DNA of 64,000 nucleotides, taken from positions 61,451 through 125,450 of the forward strand of contig JASJEC010000005.1 of the NCBI GenBank assembly GCA_030064845.1, written 5' to 3'. The first letter of the stretch is position 1. The number at the start of each line of letters is the position of its first letter. A model generated the notes under the pieces. That model ran no database searches, was not told the DNA's origin, and saw nothing but the letters and a program-made list of their open reading frames with translations. Source of the stretch: Kiloniellales bacterium. GTDB lineage: Bacteria > Pseudomonadota > Alphaproteobacteria > Kiloniellales > JAKSDN01. Shown here piece after piece: positions 18,530-27,206 of the stretch. The position numbers and the translations under genes were made by a program.

Positions 18530-18908
18530 GTGACAGGACCTCGGACTCGTGGTCCAAGAGGCGGCTGCATTGCTTCAGGGCGCTGTAGAGCTGGTGGTCC
18601 TCGACCAGCGCCAGGATCTCGGCGCCGATCGTCTGGCCGCTGGGCGCCGCTTCCAGGTAGTCCTTGAGGAGGCGGCGGAAGTCGCCGATGTGGGCGGTCG
18701 CCTTCTCTGGAAAGAGGTAGGCGCACTGCAGGGCCAGGTACACGCGCGCCGCCGGTGTCGTGGCGCTTTCCTGGGTCAGAATGTCCTTCTGGCGCAGGAT
18801 GTGGGCCTGGTTCTCGAACAGCAGGCTGGTTCCCTCGCCGTCGTTGCGGATCACCGCACCGTTGACGATCAGCTTCTCACCTTTGCCGACGGTCAGTTTC
18901 AGGGGCAT
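18519..18908 (-). CDS. flbT: Flagellin translation repressor FlbT
   Basis: 129 aa; MPLKLTVGKGEKLIVNGAVIRNDGEGTSLLFENQAHILRQKDIL is the typical FlbT N-terminus. Confidence 0.85.
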   Translation of the reverse strand: MPLKLTVGKGEKLIVNGAVIRNDGEGTSLLFENQAHILRQKDILTQESATTPAARVYLALQCAYLFPEKATAHIGDFRRLLKDYLEAAPSGQTIGAEILALVEDHQLYSALKQCSRLLDHESEVLSHVQ

Positions 18909-18962
18909 GGCGTTCGTCGCCTCTGTGGATTTCTTCCTGCAATTAGCCTAAGCCCGACATGA

Positions 18963-18977
18963 TTAAACTATGGTTAA
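18963..18977. promoter_or_regulatory. Perfect CtrA-type box TTAA-N7-TTAA upstream of flbT
   Basis: ttaaactatggttaa, 55-69 bp upstream of the flbT ATG (18908), in a 445-bp AT-rich divergent spacer. Confidence 0.5.
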
Positions 18978-19229
18978 TTAAGACTAAACAAAAAATACGC
19001 ATACGTAGTCTTCTGATCATAACGAATTAGACAGGTGATCGCGGGCGGTGCCCGGAAGCGCACGACCGCTGTTTGTATCAGAATCTCTATTTAGCAATGA
19101 GATAAGCATCGGGATCCCTGATTGCGCTATCGGAAATTGAAGTAGCCGGACGTGCAGGCCCGTCCCGCGTTGAAGTCACCAAGACCCGATGCATGGCGTT
19201 GACTAAGTAATGGTGAGACAAAAAGACTA

Positions 19230-19244
19230 TTAAGTATCAATTAA
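19230..19244. promoter_or_regulatory. Perfect CtrA-type box TTAA-N7-TTAA upstream of the nucleotide-sugar operon
   Basis: ttaagtatcaattaa, 110-124 bp upstream of ATG 19354. Confidence 0.45.
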
Positions 19245-19353
19245 GCAAAAATGTGTAGACCGCCTTAAGGATTCCCTCCAACGCGTCCTCTGTGGCGCGA
19301 CGGGTCTTGCCGCGCCGGTTCGGGTCGAGGGCCGGCCGTTTCGAAGGATTGCG

Positions 19354-20586
19354 ATGCCTCGTTCGCTTCGCCAGGACGGCTCCGAGTTCCCGATCCGGCC
19401 GGACGACGCCGAGGTCCCCGAGGTCCTCGAGAGCCCCGAAACCGGCGCCGCCGCGCAAGCGCCGGCAGAGAGCGGCAGCGGGCTGCCTGATTTTCGCTTC
19501 GAGGTCTGCGTCGACGACATCGCCCCCTTCACGGTCAGGTCCGATTGGCCGATCCGGGACGTGGTGCGGCAGATCGACACCGGCGGCGAGGGCCTCGCCC
19601 TGGTCGTCGACCGCCGGGGCCAGCTTCTGAACACGGTAACCGACGGCGACATCCGCCGGGCTCTTCTGGCCGGCCTGGATCTGGACCAGCCGGCCGAGCG
19701 CCTGCTGCACCCCGACCTGGCGCGGCGCCACCAGCAGCCGATCACGGCGCCCCGCGGGACGGTCGCCGTCACGCTGCTGCGCATCATGAGCAAGTACCTG
19801 ATCCGTCACGTTCCCCTGGTCGAGCCCGACGGCCGGGTCACGGGCCTGGCGCTGCTCAGCCGCTTCGTCCGGCAGCAGGACCTGCCGCTGCGCGCGGTGA
19901 TCATGGCGGGCGGCCTGGGAACGCGCCTGCGCCCGCTGACGGCGGCGACGCCGAAGCCCATGCTGCCGGTAGGCAACCGCCCGCTGCTGGAACGCACCAT
20001 CGAGCAGCTGGGCCAGGCCGGGATCCGCAGCATCAACATCACGACCCACTTCCAGGCCGACAAGATCCGCCAGCATTTCGGCGACGGCAGCTCCTTCGGC
20101 GCCGCGGTGCACTACCACCACGAGGCCGAGCCGCTCGGCACGGCGGGCGCCCTGCGCCAGCTCCAGACCGATGGCGACCAGCCGCTGCTGGTGATCAACG
20201 GCGACATCCTGACCCGGGTCAACTACCGGGCCCTGCTCGAATATCACCTGGAGCACGGCGCCGACATGACGCTCTGTGTGCGCCGCTACGCGATGAAGGT
20301 GCCCTACGGCGTGGTCGAGTGCGACGGGCCGGCGGTGACCGCGCTGCGCGAGAAGCCCGAGCTCAGCTTCTTCTTCAACGCGGGCATCTACCTGATCGAG
20401 CCGTCGGTTTGCCGCGAGATCCCAGGCGGGCGGCGCTTCGACATGACCGACCTGATCGACCGTCTGATCGAGCGCGGCCGCCGCGTCGTCTGCTTCCCGA
20501 TCCACGAGTACTGGCTCGATATCGGCCAGCTCGAGGACTACGAGCGGGTCCAGCAGGACGTCGAGAGCGGCAAGGTCGATGACTAG
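19354..20586 (+). CDS. CBS-domain sugar-phosphate nucleotidyltransferase (PtmE-like)
   Basis: N-terminal CBS pair region (...VTDGDIRRALL..., ...IRHVPLVEPDGRVTGL) followed by VIMAGGLGTRLRPLTAATPKPMLPV and LGTAGAL nucleotidyltransferase motifs. AAGGA SD present. Confidence 0.8.
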   Translation: MPRSLRQDGSEFPIRPDDAEVPEVLESPETGAAAQAPAESGSGLPDFRFEVCVDDIAPFTVRSDWPIRDVVRQIDTGGEGLALVVDRRGQLLNTVTDGDIRRALLAGLDLDQPAERLLHPDLARRHQQPITAPRGTVAVTLLRIMSKYLIRHVPLVEPDGRVTGLALLSRFVRQQDLPLRAVIMAGGLGTRLRPLTAATPKPMLPVGNRPLLERTIEQLGQAGIRSINITTHFQADKIRQHFGDGSSFGAAVHYHHEAEPLGTAGALRQLQTDGDQPLLVINGDILTRVNYRALLEYHLEHGADMTLCVRRYAMKVPYGVVECDGPAVTALREKPELSFFFNAGIYLIEPSVCREIPGGRRFDMTDLIDRLIERGRRVVCFPIHEYWLDIGQLEDYERVQQDVESGKVDD

Positions 20587-20598
20587 GTGGCACCGGGC

Positions 20599-22113
20599 AT
20601 GATCAGAACGCGCCGCCGGCCGCCGACGGCGGGACCCGGCGGAGAAATGCCGGCCGTCCCCGACCCCGCCAACCGTCTGCGGCCCGGCCGCGCCGGGCAG
20701 AGGCCGGTCGTCTGCGTTCAGGGCCTGGGCTTCGTCGGCGCCGCCGTGGCCCTGGCGGTGGCGCGGGCGCGCGACGCCGAGGGCCGGCCGCGGTTCGACG
20801 TCGTCGGCGTCGACCTGGAGACGCCCCGCGGCCGGGCGGCGATCGAGAGCCTCAACCAGGGCCGCTTTCCCTTCGCCACCGAGGACCGCGCCCTCGAGGC
20901 GGCGGCCCGGCAGTCCCGTAACGACGGCAATCTCGTCGCGACCAGCGATCCGGCGGCCTACGCGAGCGCCGCGGTGGTCCTGGTCGACATCGATCTGGAT
21001 CTCGCGATTGACACGGAGGCGGCGGGCGGTCCGGCGGCCCGGCTCGAGCTGGCGCGGTTCCGCGAGGCGATCGCCACGCTCGGCCGGACCATCGCGTCCG
21101 GCACCCTGGTGATCGTCGAGACCACCGTGCCGCCCGGTACCTGCAGCCGGGTGGTGGCGCCGGCGCTGGCCGAGGGCCTGGCCGCGCGGGGCCTGCCCGC
21201 GGACGGGTTCCTCTTGGCCCACGCCTATGAAAGGGTCATGCCCGGCGCCGGCTACCTCGACTCGATCGTCAACTACTGGCGGGTCTACGCCGGGCACACC
21301 GAGGCGGCGGCCGAGGCCTGCGCCGCCTTCCTGGGCCAGGTCGTCAACGTCGCGGACTATCCGCTCAAGCGCCTGTCCTCCACCACGGCGTCCGAGACCG
21401 CGAAGGTGCTGGAGAACAGCTACCGCGCGGTCAACATCGCCTTCATGGACGAGTGGGGCCGCTTCGCGGAGGCGGTCGGGCTCGACCTCTTCGAGGTGAT
21501 CGACGCGGTCCGGCAGCGGCCGACCCACGCCAACCTGCGGCAGCCGGGCTTCGGCGTCGGCGGCTACTGCCTGCCGAAGGATCCCCTGCTGGCGCTGGCC
21601 GCCGCGCGTGAGATCTTCCGGCGCGAGGACCTGGACTTCCCCTTCTGCCGGCAGGCCGTCGCGGTCAACCGGGCCATGCCCCTGGCGAGCCTCGACGCGG
21701 TCGAGGCGCTCCTGGGCGGGAGTTTGGCGGAGAGGCGGCTGCTCCTGCTCGGCGTCAGCTACCGGCCCGAGGTTGCCGATACCCGCAACGCGCCGGCGGC
21801 GGCCTTCGTTATGGAGGCCAGGCGCCGCGGCGCGAGTGTGGCGGTGCACGATCCCCTGGTGCGCCATTGGCCCGAGCTCGATATCGCCATTCCCGAGGCC
21901 CTGCCGGACCCGGCGGGCTGCGACGCCGTGGTCGTCGCGGTCGGCCACGACGCTTACCGGGCGCTGGATTTTCCGCACTGGCTCGGCGCAGCCCGGCCGA
22001 AGATCCTCGACGCCGACAGTGTTCTCGACCGGGAGCAGAGAGATGGCCTCGCCAGGCTCGGCTGCCCGGTCGCCGCCATTGGCAGGGGAGGGACCTCGCC
22101 TTGCGCGTCCTGA
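20599..22113 (+). CDS. Nucleotide-sugar dehydrogenase (UDP-glucose/GDP-mannose dehydrogenase family)
   Basis: Rossmann motif VQGLGFVGAAVALAVA and catalytic GFGVGGYCLPKDP. Start ambiguous (20587 GTG, 20599 ATG, 20647 ATG). Confidence 0.8.
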   Translation: MIRTRRRPPTAGPGGEMPAVPDPANRLRPGRAGQRPVVCVQGLGFVGAAVALAVARARDAEGRPRFDVVGVDLETPRGRAAIESLNQGRFPFATEDRALEAAARQSRNDGNLVATSDPAAYASAAVVLVDIDLDLAIDTEAAGGPAARLELARFREAIATLGRTIASGTLVIVETTVPPGTCSRVVAPALAEGLAARGLPADGFLLAHAYERVMPGAGYLDSIVNYWRVYAGHTEAAAEACAAFLGQVVNVADYPLKRLSSTTASETAKVLENSYRAVNIAFMDEWGRFAEAVGLDLFEVIDAVRQRPTHANLRQPGFGVGGYCLPKDPLLALAAAREIFRREDLDFPFCRQAVAVNRAMPLASLDAVEALLGGSLAERRLLLLGVSYRPEVADTRNAPAAAFVMEARRRGASVAVHDPLVRHWPELDIAIPEALPDPAGCDAVVVAVGHDAYRALDFPHWLGAARPKILDADSVLDREQRDGLARLGCPVAAIGRGGTSPCAS

Positions 22114-23090
22114 TCACCGGCGGCGCCGGCTTCATCGGCCTGCATCTGGCGCGGCGCCTCCTGGCCGATGGTGCCCAGGTCGACCTGGTCGACGACTTCT
22201 CGCGCGGCCGGCGCGACGGCGAGCTCGCCGCCCTCGGCGACGATCGCCGCCTCGTCTGCGTGGAGCGGGACCTGATCCGGCCGGAGGCCTTCGCCGGACT
22301 GGACCGCCGTTACGACCAGATCTTCCATCTGGCCGCGATCGTCGGTGTCGCCAACGTGGAGCGCCGGCCCTTCGCCGTGCTGCGCGACAACGCCGAGATG
22401 CTGCTTCGGGTGCTCGACTTCGCCGCCGGCCAGGCAGCTCTCGAGCGTCTGGTCTTCCTCTCGACCAGCGAGGTCCACGCCGGCTCGCTGGAGCACTTGG
22501 ACCTGGCCGTCCCGACACCCGAGGCGGCGCCGGTCGCGCTGCCCGACCTGGCCCGGCCGCGCAGCAGCTACCTCCTGTCCAAGCTCTACGGCGAGGCGCT
22601 CTGCCTCCACGCCGGGCTGCCGGTCACCATCGCCCGCCCCTACAACATCTACGGTCCGCGCATGGGGCTGGCGCACGTGATCCCCGAGCTGATGCAGCGC
22701 GCCGCCGAGGCGCCCGAGGGCGGCCGGCTCGAGGTCTTTTCGGCGGCGCACTGCCGCGCCTTCTGCTTCGTCGAGGACGCGGTCGAGATGCTGCTGCGCC
22801 TGGCCCGGGCGCCCGGGACCCTGGGCGGGGTCTACAACCTGGGCAACGGCGGCGAGATGATCGCCATGGGCGCCCTGGCCCGGCTGGTCCTCGAGACCCT
22901 GGGCCGCGAACTCGAGGTGGTCGCCGGCGCGACGACGCCCGGCTCGCCGGCGCGGCGCTGCCCCGACATGACGAAGACCCTGGCCGCCACCGGCTACCAG
23001 CCGCGAGTCGACCTGCGCCAGGGGCTGGCGCGGACCTGGAACTGGTACGAGCGGCACTGCTTCGCCGCGCCCCTGGAGCAGCCGGCGTGA
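22101..23090 (+). CDS. NAD-dependent nucleotide-sugar epimerase/dehydratase (extended SDR)
   Basis: TTG start at 22101 with GGAGGG SD. VLITGGAGFIGLHLARRL and YLLSK (YxxxK). The upstream part of the 407-aa track ORF is Arg-rich overlap with the previous gene. Confidence 0.8.
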   Translation: MRVLITGGAGFIGLHLARRLLADGAQVDLVDDFSRGRRDGELAALGDDRRLVCVERDLIRPEAFAGLDRRYDQIFHLAAIVGVANVERRPFAVLRDNAEMLLRVLDFAAGQAALERLVFLSTSEVHAGSLEHLDLAVPTPEAAPVALPDLARPRSSYLLSKLYGEALCLHAGLPVTIARPYNIYGPRMGLAHVIPELMQRAAEAPEGGRLEVFSAAHCRAFCFVEDAVEMLLRLARAPGTLGGVYNLGNGGEMIAMGALARLVLETLGRELEVVAGATTPGSPARRCPDMTKTLAATGYQPRVDLRQGLARTWNWYERHCFAAPLEQPA

Positions 23091-24283
23091 CCGCGCCCGC
23101 CGCCGCGCGGCCGGAGACCGCCCCCGCCGAGGAGATCCCGCTCTGCGTGCCGGCGCTCGCCGAGGCCGACCGGGCCCGGGTCGCGGCCTGCCTGGAGAGC
23201 GGCTGGGTGTCGACCGCCGGTCCCGAGGTCGGGCGGTTCGAGGCCGCTTTCGCGGAATGCCTGGGGGCGCGCCACGCGCTGGCCACGGTCACCGGCACGG
23301 CGGCCCTGCACCTGGCCCTGCTCGCCGCCGGCGTCAGGCCGGACGACGAGGTGATCCTGCCGAGCTTCACCTTCATCGCGCCGGCCAACGCGGTGCGCTA
23401 CGCCGGCGCCTGGCCGCTCTTCGTCGACAGCGACCCGGCGACCTGGCAGATGGACGTCGGCCTGGTGGCCGGGTTCCTCGAGAACCAGTGCGAGCCGGCG
23501 CCCGGCGGCCTGCGCAACCGGTTGAGCGGGCGCCGGATCGGCGCGCTGCTGCCGGTCCACGTTCTGGGCCACCCGATCGACATGGACCCGCTCTCGACGC
23601 TGGCCGCACGCTACGGTCTGCCGGTGATCGAGGACGCGACCGAGAGCCTGGGTGCTTGCTACAAGGGCCGCCCGGTCGGCGGGGACGGCCGCGCCGCCTG
23701 CTTCAGCTTCAACGGCAACAAGATCATGACCACCGGCGGCGGCGGCATGCTGGTGACTGACGACGCCGAGCTCGCCCAGCGGGCGCGCTACCTGGCGACC
23801 ACGGCCAGGGACGATCCGGGCGAAGGGATCCACGGCGCAGTCGGCTTCAACTACCGCCTGACCGCGCTGCAGGCGGCCCTTGGCCTCACCCAGCTTGAGC
23901 GCCTGGCGGACTTCGTCACCGCCAAGCGGCGGATCGCCGCCGCCTACCGCGACGGCCTTTCCGGGCTTCCGGGGCTCGAGTTCATGCCGGAGGCGGACTG
24001 GGCGCGCTCGGTCTTCTGGCTGGCCAGCATCCGGCTCGACCCGGCCGCGGCGCCGCTCGACCGCCGGGCTCTGGCCGACCATCTGGCGCGGGCCGGGATC
24101 GCCTCGCGGCCGTTTTGGCAGCCGCTCCATCTGAGCCCGGCGCACGCGACCGCCGCCTGCCTCGGCGGCGAGGTCGCGGCGCGCCTGCACCGTGAGGTGC
24201 TCTCGCTGCCCTGCTCCTGCGGCCTGACCGCCGCTCAGCAGGACCGGGTCATCGCCGCGGTCCGCCATGCTTTCCGGCGCTGA
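23087..24283 (+). CDS. DegT/DnrJ/EryC1-type PLP sugar aminotransferase
   Basis: GTG start overlapping the upstream TGA (GTGA). IPLCVPAL..., FIAPANAV, SFNGNKIMTTGGGGM (PLP lysine). The first ~490 aa of the 891-aa track ORF are out-of-phase overlap. Confidence 0.8.
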   Translation: MTAPAAARPETAPAEEIPLCVPALAEADRARVAACLESGWVSTAGPEVGRFEAAFAECLGARHALATVTGTAALHLALLAAGVRPDDEVILPSFTFIAPANAVRYAGAWPLFVDSDPATWQMDVGLVAGFLENQCEPAPGGLRNRLSGRRIGALLPVHVLGHPIDMDPLSTLAARYGLPVIEDATESLGACYKGRPVGGDGRAACFSFNGNKIMTTGGGGMLVTDDAELAQRARYLATTARDDPGEGIHGAVGFNYRLTALQAALGLTQLERLADFVTAKRRIAAAYRDGLSGLPGLEFMPEADWARSVFWLASIRLDPAAAPLDRRALADHLARAGIASRPFWQPLHLSPAHATAACLGGEVAARLHREVLSLPCSCGLTAAQQDRVIAAVRHAFRR

Positions 24284-24436
24284 GTTCCGCTCGGTCCCCG
24301 CTGCGCCCAGATTTCTGCGCGGCGACGAGGGCGGGGTCGCCGTCCGGATGGCTGCAGGAATGACGGCGCTCATGGGCATGGCCTGGCGATTGACACTGGC
24401 CACGTCTATGCCGAGGAGAACTGGCTCCAGGATGTT

Positions 24437-24520
24437 CCGCTCTACATAATAGGTTTAGAGCAGATTCACCGGGTTGATGGACCGCCCGTGGCGATTCCAT
24501 CAAACCTGGATCTGCTCTAG
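24437..24520. repeat. Twin-hairpin element locus 1: truncated B unit end + 11-bp spacer + full A unit
   Basis: A unit 24456-24520: tagagcagattcaccgggttgatggaccgcccgtggcgattccatcaaacctggatctgctctag. It is preceded by spacer cataataggtt and by gatgttccgctcta (B 3' end only). Confidence 0.8.
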
Positions 24521-25311
24521 GGCTTTCGCGCTCTGAGGTGCGTCGGTCTGAGTTCGCCCCGATCGAGGACGACGATCATCTTTTTCCACACATCGACCTG
24601 TCGATCCAAGAACTGCTTGCCGACGGTGGATTCGAGATTCGCGTGCAAGGCACCGGTGAGGTTCTCCAGCTCACGGCGCGCCTCTTGCCTGTACCAGGCG
24701 TTGCGGTCGGTCACCTCGATGTCGTCGAAACCCGCCGCTTCCAACGCCGCCTGGTAGACGGCCGCGGAGGCGAGGCCGAAGTCCAGACCTTCGGCGGAGA
24801 CGTAGGCCTGCATGTCGGGCGAAGGCGCACCCGAGTAGCCGGCCAGCCAATCGCTCGCAGCAAACAAACCTCCGGGTTTCAGGCACCGGAAGATGTCCTC
24901 AGCAAGGGCATGCTTGTCGGCGATATGAATGATCGAGTCCTTGCTGAACACCATATCGAGGCTGGCGTCCTCGACGGGGAGTGGCCCGGGCTCGACACGG
25001 CGGAACCGGATCACGTCCGACAAACCGGATCGCGCCGCCAGCTTATCGCAGGCCTCGATCAAGTTGCTCTCGATGTCGATACCGATGATTCCCGCAACAC
25101 CGTAGCGGCTGGCGATATGTACCGTCGCGCCACCGATGCCGCAGCCGATATCGAGCACGGATAGAGCGGTCAGATCCAGGCCGTCGAGAATGCGGTCCAC
25201 TTCATCGGTGCCACCCGGCGACAGGAAACCCGCACCCCAAACCGCTTCCAGCACGGCGATCAGGTCGTCGTCATACTCCAGCTCCGGTTCGGTCTCATCG
25301 GGTGTAGTCAT
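24517..25311 (-). CDS. Class I SAM-dependent methyltransferase
   Basis: Motif I VLDIGCGIGG, then CLKPGGLF. ATG at 25311. The TAG stop (24517-24519) lies inside the repeat terminus. More A/T-ending codons than the flagellar genes. Confidence 0.8.
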   Translation of the reverse strand: MTTPDETEPELEYDDDLIAVLEAVWGAGFLSPGGTDEVDRILDGLDLTALSVLDIGCGIGGATVHIASRYGVAGIIGIDIESNLIEACDKLAARSGLSDVIRFRRVEPGPLPVEDASLDMVFSKDSIIHIADKHALAEDIFRCLKPGGLFAASDWLAGYSGAPSPDMQAYVSAEGLDFGLASAAVYQAALEAAGFDDIEVTDRNAWYRQEARRELENLTGALHANLESTVGKQFLDRQVDVWKKMIVVLDRGELRPTHLRARKP

Positions 25312-25447
25312 GAAGGCTCTCCATCTTCTTGCTTCCTGCGCTAACCTCGCCGTGCCCGATAGCGCTGCTGTGTCCGCTCGTGCCCCCGTCTCCTGACCCA
25401 CGAGCCGCTGACGGCGGCGCTCCGCCGGCACGATCCGGCGGCCACGC

Positions 25448-25762
25448 TCAGAAGTATTCGGGCCTGACCACCTGGACGTCGGACACCGTGACGATGCCGA
25501 TCTGCCTGGAAACCAGGTCGAACAGCGGCTTCAGGACGGCGTCGACGTTCTCCTCGTCGAGGATGCAGAAGATCATCACCAGGGCGCCGGCGCGCCCGAC
25601 GACTCCGTCCCGGTGCCAGGCGCCGTCCTGCCCCCGTCCGGCGAGAACCGGCAGCACGGTGTAGCCGCCTACTCCCGTGCCATCGAGCAGATCGATCACG
25701 CGCTTCATCAAGGGCGCCTCGATCATGATGTCGATCCGTTTCTTCGGGTAGGTTTTCATCAC
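25448..25762 (-). CDS. sbtB: P-II-like signalling protein, SbtB type
   Basis: 104 aa; KRIDIMIEAPLMKRVIDLLDGTGVGGYTVLPVLAGRG pattern of PII-like proteins; directly downstream of the sbtA-family permease. Confidence 0.65.
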   Translation of the reverse strand: MMKTYPKKRIDIMIEAPLMKRVIDLLDGTGVGGYTVLPVLAGRGQDGAWHRDGVVGRAGALVMIFCILDEENVDAVLKPLFDLVSRQIGIVTVSDVQVVRPEYF

Positions 25763-25769
25763 GGGCTCC

Positions 25770-26762
25770 TCAATGAAGTGCCGACGCGAACGTGAGGTAG
25801 AGGGGGATGCCGACGATCAGATTGAACGGGAAGGTTACGCCGAGCGAGAGCGGCAGATAGATCGACGGCCTGGCCTCCGGCAGGGCCAGCCTGAGCGCCG
25901 CGGGCACGGCGATGTAGGAGGCGCTGGCGGCCAGCGTGATCATCAGGGCCGTCCCGCCGACCGAGAGGCCCGAGGCCATGGCGGCGAGGGCGCCGAACGC
26001 GCCGCCGACCAGGGGCATGTAGAGGCCGAAGATCACGACTCCCGGGGTGAGCTGCCCGCGGCCCTCCCGCAGCCCCCGGCCGGCGACGATGCCCATGTCG
26101 AGCAGGAAGATGCAGAGCACGCCGGCGAAGGGGTCGACGATCAAGGGCGCGATCGTCTCCAGGCCTTCGGCGCCGGTGATCCCGCCAATGATGAAGGCGC
26201 CGACCAGGACGACGATCGAGCCGTTCAGCACGACCTCGCGCATCAAGCCGGCCTGAGTCCCGCTGCGGCTGGTCCGGGACAACCAGAGGGCGACCATGAT
26301 CGCGGGCGTTTCCATCGCAGCGGCGACCGCCACCATGTAGCCCTCGAAGGGTATCCCGCTGCGTTCCAGGGCCTGGGTCGCGGCGAGAAAGGTGACGATC
26401 GAGATCGAGCCGTAGTGGGCCGCGACGGCGGCGGCGTCGACCCGCGAAAGCTTGGTGGTCAGAACCAGCAGGCGGAAGGCGACAAGGGGGAGCAGGGCGC
26501 TCAGCAGGGCGCCGCTGGCCAGCGCCAGCACCATGGTCACGTCGAGGCCCTGCTGGGCGACCACCGCGCCGCCCTTGAAGCCGATCCCGAGCATCAGATA
26601 GAGCGAGAGGCCCTTGGCGATAGCCTCAGGCACGCTCAGATCGGACTTTGCCAGGGACGCGGCGAGACCGAGCGCGAAGAACAGGATCATCGGCGACAAG
26701 AGGTTCGCTGCCGCCAAATCGAATGCGGATTCCAAGCAAGGCCTCCTGCGTTGCTTCGACAC
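25770..26762 (-). CDS. sbtA: SbtA-family (DUF897) sodium-dependent bicarbonate-type permease
   Basis: About 10-TM ORF; LSPMILFFALGLAASLAKSDLSVPEAIAKGLSLYLMLGIGFKGG matches the Sbt_1 family N-terminus. Start may be 26690. Confidence 0.7.
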   Translation of the reverse strand: MSKQRRRPCLESAFDLAAANLLSPMILFFALGLAASLAKSDLSVPEAIAKGLSLYLMLGIGFKGGAVVAQQGLDVTMVLALASGALLSALLPLVAFRLLVLTTKLSRVDAAAVAAHYGSISIVTFLAATQALERSGIPFEGYMVAVAAAMETPAIMVALWLSRTSRSGTQAGLMREVVLNGSIVVLVGAFIIGGITGAEGLETIAPLIVDPFAGVLCIFLLDMGIVAGRGLREGRGQLTPGVVIFGLYMPLVGGAFGALAAMASGLSVGGTALMITLAASASYIAVPAALRLALPEARPSIYLPLSLGVTFPFNLIVGIPLYLTFASALH

Positions 26763-27206
26763 CGTGACAATTGCCGATGAGGGGTCGGCCCTCCAGCCCT
26801 TTGTTGAGCGTCTGCCGATCGATGTCCGTGATGTCCAGCGGCGAGACTCCGACGATTTGCGGAACAGTCAAGGGCACGCGTAGCCGGGAAAGCTGTCGGC
26901 AGCGCGGCCAGGGCACGAGCGCGCCCACGGTGGAGCGGTGCATGCCGACGCCCGCAACCGAGGCCGACGAGACAAAAGGCGGCCGGCTGGCTGGATTGGA
27001 TGGCTCGGGATCTTCCCGGGCGCCGACCGGAAACCTGGCCGAGAAAAACGCTGATCGGGAAATTCTATCGACCCCGAGTGCCCTCTCGATTGGCTCGACG
27101 GTCATCTGTAGCCACGTCGGTGGCGTAGGGGGAGAGCGCTGTCGCTACATGGCGTCGCGCCGACTCAATCCGACCGTTGCGATCAACCGAAGACGGGAGC
27201 CGTGCC

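Noticed and set aside
19237-21978. 913-aa minus-strand ORF, the longest in this part of the track
   Set aside because: It is antisense to three plus-strand genes that carry clear catalytic motifs. Its sequence is Arg/Gly/Pro/Asp-rich low complexity with no motif. This is a typical shadow ORF of high-GC DNA.
26626-27105. 159-aa minus ORF (and 151-aa plus ORF 26771-27226) filling the sbtA-nhaA gap
   Set aside because: Third-position G/C bias is only about 70-75% in both, against about 85-90% in real genes here. The sequences are not protein-like, and each overlaps a neighbouring real gene out of frame.
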